From: Candidatus Saccharimonadota bacterium
GTDB lineage: Bacteria; Pseudomonadota; Gammaproteobacteria; Enterobacterales; Enterobacteriaceae
Assembly: GCF_000185985.2 (NCBI RefSeq)
Contig: NC_014909.2
Span: 390,001-422,000, forward strand
Direction of reading: 5' to 3'
Length of the DNA stretch: 32,000 nucleotides
Every line of letters starts with the position of its first letter. Positions within the stretch are counted from its first letter, which is position 1. A program made the position numbers and the translations under genes. The notes under the pieces were generated by a model. The model did no database searches. It saw nothing but the letters and a program-made list of their open reading frames with translations, and was not told where the DNA came from. Of the stretch, positions 20,332 to 30,324 are shown in pieces.

Positions 20332-21567
20332 ATGACAGTCGATTATCCCATAAAAAAAATAAGATCAAATTTTCCTATACTAAATAAAATGATTAATAAA
20401 TATCCATTAACCTACCTGGATAACGCTGCTACTACTCAAAAACCTGATGTTGTTATCGAATCGCAAGCTTATTATTATAGAAATGAATGTTCTTCTGCTC
20501 ATAGAAGTGTGCATAGTTTAAGTACTTTATCCACTGATTACATGGAAAAAACTAGATTATATGTAGCAAATTTTATTAATGCATCTAAATCAGAAGAAAT
20601 AGTTTTCGTTAAAGGAACAACCGATGCTATTAATTTAATTGCCAACAGTTGGGGTCGTAATTTCATTAATTATGGAGATAATATTTTAATTAGTGAAATG
20701 GAACATCATTCTAATATTCTACCATGGCAAATTTTGGCAAAAGAAAAAAATATTAAGTTAAATTATATCCCGTTATTATATGATGGATCGTTAAATTTAA
20801 CTAAATTATCCACATTGATAGATCACCGAACGCGGTTGGTATCAATAACACATATGTCTAATGTTGTGGGTATAATTAATCCATTAATTGAAATAATTAA
20901 TATAGTACATACTAAAAGTAATGCGATAATATTAATAGATGGGGCTCAAGGTATTGCTCACCAATTAGTAGATGTACAAAAATTAAATTGTGATTTTTAT
21001 GTATTTTCTGGACATAAAATATATGCTCCATCTGGAATTGGAATAATGTATGGAAAATCAGAATTACTAAAAAAAATGAAACCATGGATAGTAGGGGGTG
21101 GAATAGTTAAAGATGTCAGTTTAACACAAAATGCAACATTCATAGATTCTCCATGGAAATTTGAATCAGGTTCTTCTAATGTTAGTGGAATCGTAGCTTT
21201 AAGAAATGCTATTAAATATGTTAATTCTATAGGAATAGAAAATATTTTTAGACATGAAACCCAATTAATGTCTTATACAAGACATATGTTATTGAAAAAA
21301 AATTTAAATTTAATGCTATATAATAAAAATAATAAATCAAGTAGTATGATTGCCTTTAATTTTAAATTACATAATTCCTATGATATAGGAACATTGTTAA
21401 ACCAATATGGGATTGCTATTAGGACAGGCCACCATTGCGCAATTCCTTTAATGAATCATTTTAAGGTTTCTGGAATGTGCAGAGCTTCTTTTGCTATGTA
21501 TACTAATACAGAAGATATAGACCGTTTTATAGATGGACTAATTCGAATACAAAATTTATTTATATAA
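20332..21567 (+). CDS. sufS: Cysteine desulfurase SufS
   Basis: 411 aa, class V aminotransferase. PLP-lysine context FSGHKIY and active-site Cys context RTGHHCA. Confidence 0.95.
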   Translation: MTVDYPIKKIRSNFPILNKMINKYPLTYLDNAATTQKPDVVIESQAYYYRNECSSAHRSVHSLSTLSTDYMEKTRLYVANFINASKSEEIVFVKGTTDAINLIANSWGRNFINYGDNILISEMEHHSNILPWQILAKEKNIKLNYIPLLYDGSLNLTKLSTLIDHRTRLVSITHMSNVVGIINPLIEIINIVHTKSNAIILIDGAQGIAHQLVDVQKLNCDFYVFSGHKIYAPSGIGIMYGKSELLKKMKPWIVGGGIVKDVSLTQNATFIDSPWKFESGSSNVSGIVALRNAIKYVNSIGIENIFRHETQLMSYTRHMLLKKNLNLMLYNKNNKSSSMIAFNFKLHNSYDIGTLLNQYGIAIRTGHHCAIPLMNHFKVSGMCRASFAMYTNTEDIDRFIDGLIRIQNLFI

Positions 21568-21616
21568 AATAATTTATTTGATTGTTGAAAATTTTAATTA
21601 ATTAAAACAGCACAAA

Positions 21617-22093
21617 ATGCTCCCTACAAAAAATCAATTGTTAAAAAATTTTTATAGTTGTGCTAATTGGGAAGAAAAATATCTATATATAATAGATCTT
21701 GGAAAATTGCTCCCAATCTTTCCTGAAAGATTTCGAACAACAAAATATTTAATCAAAAATTGCCAAAGCAATACTTGGATTGCTTTAATCCCTATTTTAA
21801 ATAAGAAGCCCGATCAACATTTAAATAAAAATCAAAATACGTCCTTTGTAAAGTTTTATGGAGATAGCGATTCTGTCATTATTAAAGGAATTATTACAAT
21901 AATCTTTATCGTATATCAAAATTTAAGCATTGAATCTATTATAAATTTTGATATACGACATTTCCTCACTCAATTAGCGCTAAATCAACATTTAACCATA
22001 TCCAGATCCCAAGGGGTATATTCTATACTAGATGATATTCAAACTCAATCAAACAACTTATTATTATCAAGTTCAAAAACTCACCTTACATAA
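21617..22093 (+). CDS. sufE: Sulfur acceptor SufE
   Basis: 158 aa with CANWEEKYLYII.LG identical in context to E. coli SufE, plus the acceptor Cys (NCQSNTWI) and TISRSQG. Confidence 0.92.
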   Translation: MLPTKNQLLKNFYSCANWEEKYLYIIDLGKLLPIFPERFRTTKYLIKNCQSNTWIALIPILNKKPDQHLNKNQNTSFVKFYGDSDSVIIKGIITIIFIVYQNLSIESIINFDIRHFLTQLALNQHLTISRSQGVYSILDDIQTQSNNLLLSSSKTHLT

Positions 22094-22170
22094 TCCCCCT
22101 AACACAATAAGTTTATTAACTTAATAAAAGTCTCATATCCTTTTTTACATTATTAAACTAAATTATATTT

Positions 22171-22407
22171 TTATTTACGATATAAAGATATTTGATTATC
22201 AAGTCGTTTGTTAGCTCTATGTGCTTCATTTTTAGCTTGTTCTATTTCAGGTTTTAAAATATCAACATTGCTATTTAGCTGATCTAATCTAGTACTTAAT
22301 TCTTGTACTTCTGCGGATAACTCCGTTATTTTCGTAGTACTTGCACAACTTACTAAAATTAAAGTACTGAAAACTGTCACAAAATACATTAATATTTTAT
22401 TATTCAT
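22171..22407 (-). CDS. lpp: Major outer-membrane (Braun) lipoprotein
   Basis: 78 aa, the same length as E. coli Lpp. Lipobox LVSC, heptad-repeat coiled coil, RAN.RLDN and the C-terminal YRK used for peptidoglycan linkage. GGAG SD upstream. Confidence 0.93.
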   Translation of the reverse strand: MNNKILMYFVTVFSTLILVSCASTTKITELSAEVQELSTRLDQLNSNVDILKPEIEQAKNEAHRANKRLDNQISLYRK

Positions 22408-22594
22408 TTTTACACTCCAAAAAACGATTAAATTTTAATTACCTCATTTTATCTTAACCTTCATTTACCAAATAATCAAACTTTAATATTTATTAATATA
22501 AATAAAAAACGAATCATTGTAATATTAAAATTATCGATTTTTTCTTATTGTATATACTTAATATATTATACACATTATAATTTTTGACTTATTA

Positions 22595-22668
22595 TGCGTT
22601 CTAATGGATTTGAACCATTGACCTCTACCATGTCACGGTAGCGCTCTGTCCATCTGAGCTAAGAACGC
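22595..22668 (-). tRNA. tRNA-Val (anticodon GAC), no genomically encoded 3' CCA
   Basis: Hand-folded cloverleaf of 74 nt. Acceptor GCGTTCT/AGAACGC; D arm GCTC-AGATGGACA-GAGC; anticodon arm CTACC-GTGACAT-GGTAG; variable AGGTC; T arm AATGG-TTCAAAT-CCATT; discriminator A. Near-identical architecture to E. coli valV/valW. The discriminator is followed by TAA rather than CCA. Confidence 0.9.
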
Positions 22669-22933
22669 ATACAATAAAATTATTTATTTAAATCTCTTAT
22701 TACTATTAAAAACTTATTTAAGATTAACATTTAAATCTAGTAACATATCATCATGTATCATGATTAATTAAATGTAAAACAAATACAAAATAATAAATTA
22801 ATTGTATTAATAATTATATAATAAAATTGGTAATTTTTATACTCAATACAAGACAATCATAATTTTATTTATCACAAGAATCTGTTACACTGCCATATAT
22901 ATGAATTTTATTACTAAAAAGTAGTTTGAGAAT

Positions 22934-23566
22934 ATGTTTTCAGGTATTATACAAGCTGTAGTTCCTGTACATCAAATTTATAAAGAAACAACTCACTTTA
23001 TAAAATATACAATTAAATTTCCCCCTCATTTACTTATTAAATTAACAATTGGCTCTTCTATCTCCAACAATGGATGTTGTCTCACAGTAGTTTCTATTAA
23101 TCAAAATTTAGTCAGTTTTCATATAATACATGAAACATTAAAATTAACTAATATGAATAAATTAAAAATAGGAGATTTAATTAATATAGAAAAGTCAATA
23201 CGTTATAATTCAAGGATCGGAGGCCATTTAATGAATGGGCATGTTGATTGCACAGGAGAAATAAAAAAAGTAATAAATTTTAAAAAAAATAAAATAATAT
23301 GGATTAAAATAAACAACAATTACTTTCAAAAATATATTATACAACAAGGATCTATTGGAATTGATGGAGTAAGTTTAACAATTAACAAAATTTTAAACAA
23401 CTATATACGTATTTGTTTAATTCCACATACAACAAACAATACTACACTTGGAATAAAAAAGACAGGGAATATAGTCAATATTGAAATTGATTTCATAACT
23501 AAAATTATTACTAATACTACAGAAAAAATATTGTATAATGCAAATTATACCTTAATAAGGAAATAA
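22934..23566 (+). CDS. ribC: Riboflavin synthase (alpha chain; called ribC or ribE depending on nomenclature)
   Basis: 210 aa beginning MFSGII, with the internal duplication motifs NGCCLTV and GIDGVSLT, and IGGHLM.GH, as in E. coli riboflavin synthase. Confidence 0.93.
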   Translation: MFSGIIQAVVPVHQIYKETTHFIKYTIKFPPHLLIKLTIGSSISNNGCCLTVVSINQNLVSFHIIHETLKLTNMNKLKIGDLINIEKSIRYNSRIGGHLMNGHVDCTGEIKKVINFKKNKIIWIKINNNYFQKYIIQQGSIGIDGVSLTINKILNNYIRICLIPHTTNNTTLGIKKTGNIVNIEIDFITKIITNTTEKILYNANYTLIRK

Positions 23567-23616
23567 AAATTTTTATCACCAAATATTATATATATGCTAT
23601 AACTGGAAACATCACA

Positions 23617-23949
23617 ATGAACAATACAATAAAAACAATCAAACAACAAATTAAAACACATCCAATCCTTTTATATATGAAAGGAACTCCTAATATATTT
23701 AAATGTGGATTTTCTTCAAAAGCTTCTCAAATCTTATCTGAATATATAAAATCTTTTGTATATATAGATGTTTTAGTACATACAGACATTCGATCAGCTT
23801 TACCAAGTTTTTCTAATTGGCCAACTTTTCCTCAATTATGGGTAGAAGGAAAATTAATAGGAGGATTTGATATTCTTTCTGACATGCATCAAGATGGAAG
23901 TTTGAAAAAACTTATTGACCCAATTAAAATAAAATACAATTTGGATTAA
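23617..23949 (+). CDS. grxD: Monothiol glutaredoxin (Grx4 family)
   Basis: 110 aa with the CGFS active site (KCGFSSKA), PILLYMKG.P and NWPTFPQLWV.G.L.GG.DI, matching E. coli GrxD. Confidence 0.94.
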   Translation: MNNTIKTIKQQIKTHPILLYMKGTPNIFKCGFSSKASQILSEYIKSFVYIDVLVHTDIRSALPSFSNWPTFPQLWVEGKLIGGFDILSDMHQDGSLKKLIDPIKIKYNLD

Positions 23950-24013
23950 TTAAAAATGTAAATAATTATTTAATCTGTGTCAAGCTTAATTTTAATTATA
24001 TACATTATCCAAA

Positions 24014-24679
24014 TCAATTATTAATACTTGATGATGGTGGCCATCCTCCAAGTCGTTTCCATATGTTTACTAATTCGCAAAATAAAATAGCAGTTTTTTC
24101 AGTATCATATAACGCAGAATGCGCTTTGCTTTTATCAAAAACAATACCGGCATGTTTACAAGCTGTAGCTAAAACTGTTTGACCAAATACTAATCCACTC
24201 AAAGCAGCAGTATCAAATGTAACAAAAGGATGGAATGGATTAACATTCATATTATTATTAGTATCACTAATACGTTCTATTGCAGCCATTATAAAACTAT
24301 GGTCAAAAGAAGCATTATGAGCTACTATTATGGCCTTATGACATTCATGGATTTTAATACCCATATTAACCATTTTAAAAATTTCATTTAAAGCTTCTTG
24401 TTCTGTTACCGCAAACCGCAAAGGATTATTTGGATCAATTTTATTAAGAGCCAATGCTGAAGGGTGTAGATTAGCCCCAGGAAAAGATTTAATATTAAAA
24501 TGCAAAACGTTATCCATACACAACCAACCATCTGAATCCATTTTTAAAGTAATTGTTGCAATTTCTAATAAAGCATCAGTATTAGCATTTAATCCTGCTG
24601 TTTCTACATCAATAACAACAGGATAAAAACCTCTAAATCTTGATTTTAAAGTATTATTTTTTTTATATTTATTCGTCAT
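24014..24679 (-). CDS. rnt: Ribonuclease T
   Basis: 221 aa with DEDDh exonuclease motifs ([25 protein letters not shown]) and [26 protein letters not shown] collinear with E. coli RNase T. Confidence 0.95.
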   Translation of the reverse strand: MTNKYKKNNTLKSRFRGFYPVVIDVETAGLNANTDALLEIATITLKMDSDGWLCMDNVLHFNIKSFPGANLHPSALALNKIDPNNPLRFAVTEQEALNEIFKMVNMGIKIHECHKAIIVAHNASFDHSFIMAAIERISDTNNNMNVNPFHPFVTFDTAALSGLVFGQTVLATACKHAGIVFDKSKAHSALYDTEKTAILFCELVNIWKRLGGWPPSSSINN

Positions 24680-25161
24680 AAATCACTATAAAAATCAATT
24701 ATACAATAGTATTCTTATTCATCAATTAAAATTCTATTGTAAACTCACATACAATAATATAATAAAATTACTCTACTACAATAATCAATTTTACAATAAA
24801 TTCCACATCATCATGATAATGTTAAAATCCTAAAAAATATTATCAATAAAATTTAATTTCTATCCATACCTAAGAATCATAAAATATTTCATTTGCTTTA
24901 AAAATTAACATTATATATCAACTTATAGTACCTAATTTTAAAATAATTATCTATAATAATAAATATATGTTATATTCATACTTTATAAGTCATACTATAT
25001 ATGTAGAATATATATGATTTAAATCATAATTATAAATTATTTGTTTAAAATAATTAAAACTATAATTATATAAACTATACAAAATCATATCTGTATTAAA
25101 AATAAAAAATCAAAAAATTATATAATAAAATTCAAAAATTTTAGCAAAAGGAGAAAATAGA

Positions 25162-25596
25162 TTGGAATCATCATTGGGGTCAAATTTAGCTCGCCTTGTT
25201 AAAATGTGGCGTACCTTAATTGATTATCGTTTAAAACCACTAAAGCTTACACAAACTCATTGGATTACATTATATAATATTTATCAATTACCTCCAGATC
25301 AGTCCCAAATTCAATTAGCAAAAGCTATAGGCATTGAACAACCATCTTTGGTCAGAACATTGGACCAACTTGAATTAAAAGGTTTAATTGTTAGAAATAC
25401 CTGCCCTAATGATCGTAGAGCAAAGCGCATCACATTGACTCCAAAAGCAAAACCTATTATCATTAAAGTAAATCAAGTTATTAATATGACTAGAGTCGAA
25501 GTCTTTAATGGATTTACTTGCAAAGAAGTACATGAATTTAATAGTACTTTATTTAAATTAGAAAAAAATATAACGACTTTATATAACAATTCTTAA
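25162..25596 (+). CDS. slyA: MarR-family transcriptional regulator SlyA (TTG start)
   Basis: 144 aa, the same length as E. coli SlyA and close to it ([78 protein letters not shown]). AAGGAG SD at 25148-25153 precedes the TTG at 25162. Confidence 0.92.
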   Translation: MESSLGSNLARLVKMWRTLIDYRLKPLKLTQTHWITLYNIYQLPPDQSQIQLAKAIGIEQPSLVRTLDQLELKGLIVRNTCPNDRRAKRITLTPKAKPIIIKVNQVINMTRVEVFNGFTCKEVHEFNSTLFKLEKNITTLYNNS

Positions 25597-25847
25597 TTAT
25601 TTTTAAATATATATCTAATAATATTAATTTATAATAAATCAAAATATATAGAAATTTTAATTTTTGATTATTAGATCAAACCCATAATAAAATAGGTCAG
25701 AAATTTATCTACTCTAGATTATTCAAGAAAATTTATATTAATTATTTAATCTAATTGCTGTCTGTGTTAAAATTAATTTGAAGTATTATATTAAATAATG
25801 AAATCAGCTATATTTTATACGGAAAATATATAATTTAATACTAAATA

Positions 25848-26498
25848 ATGATAATCAATTCATTTGAAATTTTCAATACAAGAAGAGAGTACAACTTAGG
25901 AACATTACGAAGATCAAATTTAACCACCAATCCTATGGATTTGTTTTCTAAATGGCTGCAAGAGGCTTATCTAAAAAAAATACCTGATCCAAATGCAATG
26001 TGCATATCAACAGTGGATCGTACAGGACAACCATTTCAACGACTAGTATTATTAAAATATTTTAATGATGAAACAATGATGTTTTTTACAAATTTGAAAA
26101 GTCGTAAATCCATACATTTAATTGATAATCCTAAAATAAGTTTATGCTTTCCTTGGAGTATAATAGATAGACAAGTTATCGTTACGGGTAACGTTAATAA
26201 ACTTTCTCAAAAAGAAGTGTCACAATATTTTTATACAAGACCAAAAAATAATCAAATTAGTACTTGGGCGTCTAGACAATCCTCTATTGTTTCATCTCGC
26301 AATATATTCGAAAACAAATTTTTAAAATTTAAAACTAAATACTTAAACAAAAATATTCCGTTTCCAAAATTTTGGGGTGGATATAAAATCTATATCAATA
26401 GTATTGAATTCTGGCAAGGAGGAATGTATCGATTGCATGATCGCTTTATATATAGAAAAAATAAAAAAAAATGGTCTGTTGATCGTTTATCCCCTTAA
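25848..26498 (+). CDS. pdxH: Pyridoxamine/pyridoxine 5'-phosphate oxidase
   Basis: 216 aa, collinear with E. coli PdxH (RREY..G.LRR, GQP.QR.VLLK, PFP.FWGG, IEFWQGG..RLHDRF.Y, DRL.P end). Confidence 0.94.
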   Translation: MIINSFEIFNTRREYNLGTLRRSNLTTNPMDLFSKWLQEAYLKKIPDPNAMCISTVDRTGQPFQRLVLLKYFNDETMMFFTNLKSRKSIHLIDNPKISLCFPWSIIDRQVIVTGNVNKLSQKEVSQYFYTRPKNNQISTWASRQSSIVSSRNIFENKFLKFKTKYLNKNIPFPKFWGGYKIYINSIEFWQGGMYRLHDRFIYRKNKKKWSVDRLSP

Positions 26499-26608
26499 AG
26501 TGTAATTATTATTTATAATATTTATTATATACGAAAATTTTCAAAATATTGTTTATAATAATTAAATTACTTTATAATGTAATTATATTTATTATGGAAT
26601 TAATATAC

Positions 26609-27907
26609 ATGAAAACTTATAATTCAATTACTAATGTTGACGTGATAAATTATTTATATGAACGCGGATTTATAGCTCAAATTACTAATAAGAACATATT
26701 AAACTCAATATTACAATCAAAATCAATAACCTTATACTGTGGATTCGATCCTACTTCTGATAGTTTACATATTGGTCATTTAGTTCCACTACTATGTTTA
26801 AAAAAATTTCAAAAATTTGGACATAAACCGATAATTTTATTAGGTGGGGCTACAGGATTAATTGGTGATCCAAGTTTCAAAGATTCTGAACGTCAACTAA
26901 ATCCAATGAACACAATTCAACAGTGGATCGAAAAAATTAAGTCACAAATTTCTTCATTTATTGATTTAAATAGTAAAAATCATCCTCACAACATTCATAT
27001 TGTTAACAATTACACATGGTTTTCCTCTACAAATATTTTAACATTTTTAAGAGATATAGGAAAATTTTTTTCTATAAATAAAATGATAAATAAAGATTTT
27101 ATAAAAAAACGCTTAAAAGAAGATAATTGTGGAATTTCTTATACTGAATTTTCATATAATTTAATGCAAAGTTATGATTTTTTTTATTTATATAAAAATT
27201 ATGGAGTAATATTACAAATTGGAGGTTCAGATCAATGGGGCAACATCATATCTGGTATTGACTTAATTAGACGTATATACAACAAAAAAACTTATGGCAT
27301 TACAGTGCCTTTATTAACAACTATAAATAACATCAAATTTGGAAAAACAGAAAAAAATACAATTTGGATTGATCCAAATAAAACTAGTCCATACAAATTT
27401 TACCAATATTGGTTAAATATTGATGATAAACAAGTATGTTCTTTTCTGAAAATATTTACAGATATGAATATAGAACAAATTAATTTTTTAGAAAAAAAAA
27501 TGAATAACAACTATTTTATTCCTATCACTAAAACAACACTGGCAGAAAAAATAACTAAATTGATACACGGAAAACAAGGATTAAAATCAGCTCAACGTAT
27601 TACAAAAAATATCTTTTATGATCACCCCCTTGACTTAACTTTAGAAGATTTTAATCAACTAGCTAAAGATGGAATTCCTAGTATTATACTGAAAAAAGAT
27701 ATTACATTACAACAAGCTTTAGTAGAATCAAAATTAGCAACTTCTAAATCTCAAGCTCGATATTTTATTGAATCTCATGCTATTACAATTAATAAAATCA
27801 AACAGCTAAATAAACAATACATTTTTAATAATACTGATAGACTATTTAATTCTTATACATTATTAAAAAAAGGGAAAAAGCATTCTTGTTTAATTCAATG
27901 GAAATAA
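26609..27907 (+). CDS. tyrS: Tyrosyl-tRNA synthetase (start ATG 26609 or 26594; the track's TTG at 26549 is unlikely)
   Basis: Class I motifs HIGHLVPL and KFGKT, and the C-terminal S4-like end LLKKGKK..CLI.WK. Alignment with E. coli TyrRS (424 aa) puts the start at the internal Met. Confidence 0.93.
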   Translation: MKTYNSITNVDVINYLYERGFIAQITNKNILNSILQSKSITLYCGFDPTSDSLHIGHLVPLLCLKKFQKFGHKPIILLGGATGLIGDPSFKDSERQLNPMNTIQQWIEKIKSQISSFIDLNSKNHPHNIHIVNNYTWFSSTNILTFLRDIGKFFSINKMINKDFIKKRLKEDNCGISYTEFSYNLMQSYDFFYLYKNYGVILQIGGSDQWGNIISGIDLIRRIYNKKTYGITVPLLTTINNIKFGKTEKNTIWIDPNKTSPYKFYQYWLNIDDKQVCSFLKIFTDMNIEQINFLEKKMNNNYFIPITKTTLAEKITKLIHGKQGLKSAQRITKNIFYDHPLDLTLEDFNQLAKDGIPSIILKKDITLQQALVESKLATSKSQARYFIESHAITINKIKQLNKQYIFNNTDRLFNSYTLLKKGKKHSCLIQWK

Positions 27908-27974
27908 ATTATAAAAATTTGTGTATTACAATAACAATAATATCAACAATTTTTTATAATTATTCAATACAACA

Positions 27975-28625
27975 TTAAAAACCAAAAAATTTTTTCATGT
28001 CAAATTCACATAAACTATTAATAACACAACTATTACAACTGGGTTTTTTAGCATGACATGTATTTCGGCCATGTCGTATTAACCATAAATGACAATTTTT
28101 TTTAAATTCTCTTGGTACTACAGAAATCAATTTCTGTTCTACAGCAGCGACATTATTCCCAATTGCAAATTTACTTCTATTACAGAATCTGAATACATGA
28201 GTGTCTACAGCAATAGTAGGCCAACCAAAAATTACATTTAAAATAATACTAGCAGTTTTTCGACCCACTCCTGGTAATGATTCTAATTCTTCTCGATTTT
28301 CTGGTAAAAACCCATTAAATTTTTCTATTAACAACTGACAAATTTTTATTATATTAACTGCTTTAGAATTAAATAATCCAATGGATCTAATATAATATCT
28401 AATTCTATTGATTCCAAGAAATAACATATCCTGAGGAGTATTAGCAACTTGAAATAAACTTTCAGTTACTTTATTAACTTGAACATCTCGAGCACGTGCT
28501 GATAATAATACTGCAATAAGTAATTCAAATGGAGAATGATAAATCAACTCAGTATCATAAGTTGTGATATTAGCATTGTAATCTCGTAATTTACATAAAA
28601 TTTGGTAACGTTTAATACGATTCAT
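27975..28625 (-). CDS. nth: Endonuclease III (DNA glycosylase/AP lyase)
   Basis: 216 aa with SPFELLIAVLLSA.A.DV.VNK, the HhH-GPD region LPGVGRKTA, and the 4Fe-4S cysteine cluster C-x6-C-x2-C-x5-C (CHAKKPSCNSCVINSLC). Confidence 0.95.
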   Translation of the reverse strand: MNRIKRYQILCKLRDYNANITTYDTELIYHSPFELLIAVLLSARARDVQVNKVTESLFQVANTPQDMLFLGINRIRYYIRSIGLFNSKAVNIIKICQLLIEKFNGFLPENREELESLPGVGRKTASIILNVIFGWPTIAVDTHVFRFCNRSKFAIGNNVAAVEQKLISVVPREFKKNCHLWLIRHGRNTCHAKKPSCNSCVINSLCEFDMKKFFGF

Positions 28626-28727
28626 ATTATGCGAGTAATAAAAACTTTATTGTTTAAATAATTTATATGATTGCTGTAAAAAATTTAACTGTAAAATATA
28701 AAAAAAATTTAATACAATATTGACAAA

Positions 28728-30131
28728 TTACAATAATTTAGTTTCAGTAGGATGAATCATGTTATCAGGATTAACCCATTCATCAAATTGATCTTCAGAA
28801 ATATATCCCAATTTTTCTGCTGCAGTTTTTAAAGTTACTCCCGTTAACTCAGCTTCTTTAGCAATTTGCGCTGATTTTTCATATCCAATATGCAAACTCA
28901 ATGCAGTTACTAACATTATCGATTTATCTAATAACTCTTTTATTCGCTTAATATTTGGTTGTAATCCAACAACACAATAATCATGAAAATTTCTTATCCC
29001 ATCTGATAGTAATCGTACTGATTGTAAAAAATTATAAATTATTAATGGCCTATACACATTTAATTCTAAATTTCCAGATGCTCCTCCAATCCCTATGCTA
29101 ACATCATTACCCATAACTTGACAACATAACATGGTCATAGACTCGCATTGAGTAGGATTAACTTTACCAGGCATCATCGAACTCCCAGGCTCATTAGCTG
29201 GAATAATTATTTCCCCAATTCCACATCGGGGGCCAGATGCTAATAATCGTATATCATTTGCAATTTTCATCATAGATGTAGCTAATCCTTTTAATGCTCC
29301 ATGACTATGAACTAATGCATTACATGTAGATAAAGATTCAAACTTATTTGGTGCACTTACAAAAGTATGATTAATTAAACGAGATAATTCAAGTACAACT
29401 CGTTCATCATATTCTGGATGCGCTCCAAAACCAGTTCCTACAGCTGTTCCTCCTAATGCTAATGTACTTAAATAGGGAATATGAAGTTTAATATGATCTA
29501 TATCTTTTCTTAACATAAAATCCCATCCGGAAATTTCTTGACCTAAAGTGAGTGGAATAGCATCTTGCAGATGAGTACGGCCAATTTTAATAATATCACG
29601 AAACTGAATAGATTTTTTTAATAAAGTTTTTTGCAATATTTTAACTGTAGGTATTAATTGTTCCTTTAAACTGATAATAATTGCTATATGCATAGCGCTG
29701 GGAAAGACATCATTAGAACTTTGACTTTTATTAACATGATCATTTGGATGTACTAATAATTTTTTTTTGTTTCCTAATTTCTTTTTTAGTAATTCATTAG
29801 CTCGATTAGATAAAACTTCGTTTATATTCATGTTACTTTGAGTACCTGATCCAGTTTGCCAAACTGATAACGGAAATTCACTTTCATGGATTCCAGATAA
29901 TACTTCATCTGCGGCTTTAATAATAGCCTCAGATCTGTTAAAATCAAGTAATTTTAAATCGAAATTTACTTGAGCAGCAGCACGTTTAATAAACGCTAGT
30001 GACTTGATTAATTCTAAAGGCATTTTTTCGTAAGAAATATTAAAATATTTCAATGATAGTTCTGTTTGAGGTCCCCATAAGTTATGAGATAAATCTAAAG
30101 ATTTATGAATTAACTTAGTATATTTAGTCAT
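28728..30131 (-). CDS. fumC: Class II fumarate hydratase
   Basis: 467 aa, the same length as E. coli FumC. Has the fumarate-lyase signature GSSMMPGKVNPTQ and conserved blocks QTGSGTQ.NMN.NEV and HPNDHVN.SQSSND.FP. Confidence 0.96.
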   Translation of the reverse strand: MTKYTKLIHKSLDLSHNLWGPQTELSLKYFNISYEKMPLELIKSLAFIKRAAAQVNFDLKLLDFNRSEAIIKAADEVLSGIHESEFPLSVWQTGSGTQSNMNINEVLSNRANELLKKKLGNKKKLLVHPNDHVNKSQSSNDVFPSAMHIAIIISLKEQLIPTVKILQKTLLKKSIQFRDIIKIGRTHLQDAIPLTLGQEISGWDFMLRKDIDHIKLHIPYLSTLALGGTAVGTGFGAHPEYDERVVLELSRLINHTFVSAPNKFESLSTCNALVHSHGALKGLATSMMKIANDIRLLASGPRCGIGEIIIPANEPGSSMMPGKVNPTQCESMTMLCCQVMGNDVSIGIGGASGNLELNVYRPLIIYNFLQSVRLLSDGIRNFHDYCVVGLQPNIKRIKELLDKSIMLVTALSLHIGYEKSAQIAKEAELTGVTLKTAAEKLGYISEDQFDEWVNPDNMIHPTETKLL

Positions 30132-30261
30132 TATTATTATAAAATATTGAATTATCGTTTTAATAATGTAAATATTATATGTTATTCAAAATAAACGCAA
30201 TGAATTGTTAATAACTTAAAAAAATCTACAATATTTAATTTAAACACAATTATAATTTTAT

Positions 30262-30324
30262 ATGAAATTTTATATATATTTATATGCTATATTTATGCTT
30301 CCTATGATGAAAATATGTAATGCA
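30262..30324 (+). other. Predicted Sec signal peptide of the invasin-like protein
   Basis: MK n-region, hydrophobic core FYIYLYAIFMLPMM, and a C-N-A cleavage-type c-region followed by NNVN. Confidence 0.6.

Noticed and set aside
22669-22933. Possible FMN riboswitch or other leader upstream of ribC
   Set aside because: There are no GC-containing conserved helices of the FMN (RFN) element. As I recall, in enterobacteria the riboswitch precedes ribB, not the riboflavin synthase gene. The region is featureless AT-rich DNA.
25014-25027. 14-bp palindrome ATGATTTAAATCAT upstream of slyA, considered as a Fur-box-like site. A similar one, AAGTTTATAAACTT, lies at 8596-8609.
   Set aside because: Both are AT-only palindromes of a length expected by chance, and they are only loosely reminiscent of the GATAATGATAATCATTATC Fur consensus.
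26549-26608. N-terminal extension of tyrS from a TTG start (MFIIIKLLYNVIIFIMELIY)
   Set aside because: Alignment with E. coli TyrRS places the conserved N-terminus just after the internal ATGs at 26594 and 26609. The extension is hydrophobic AT-driven sequence with no SD, so I trimmed the gene.
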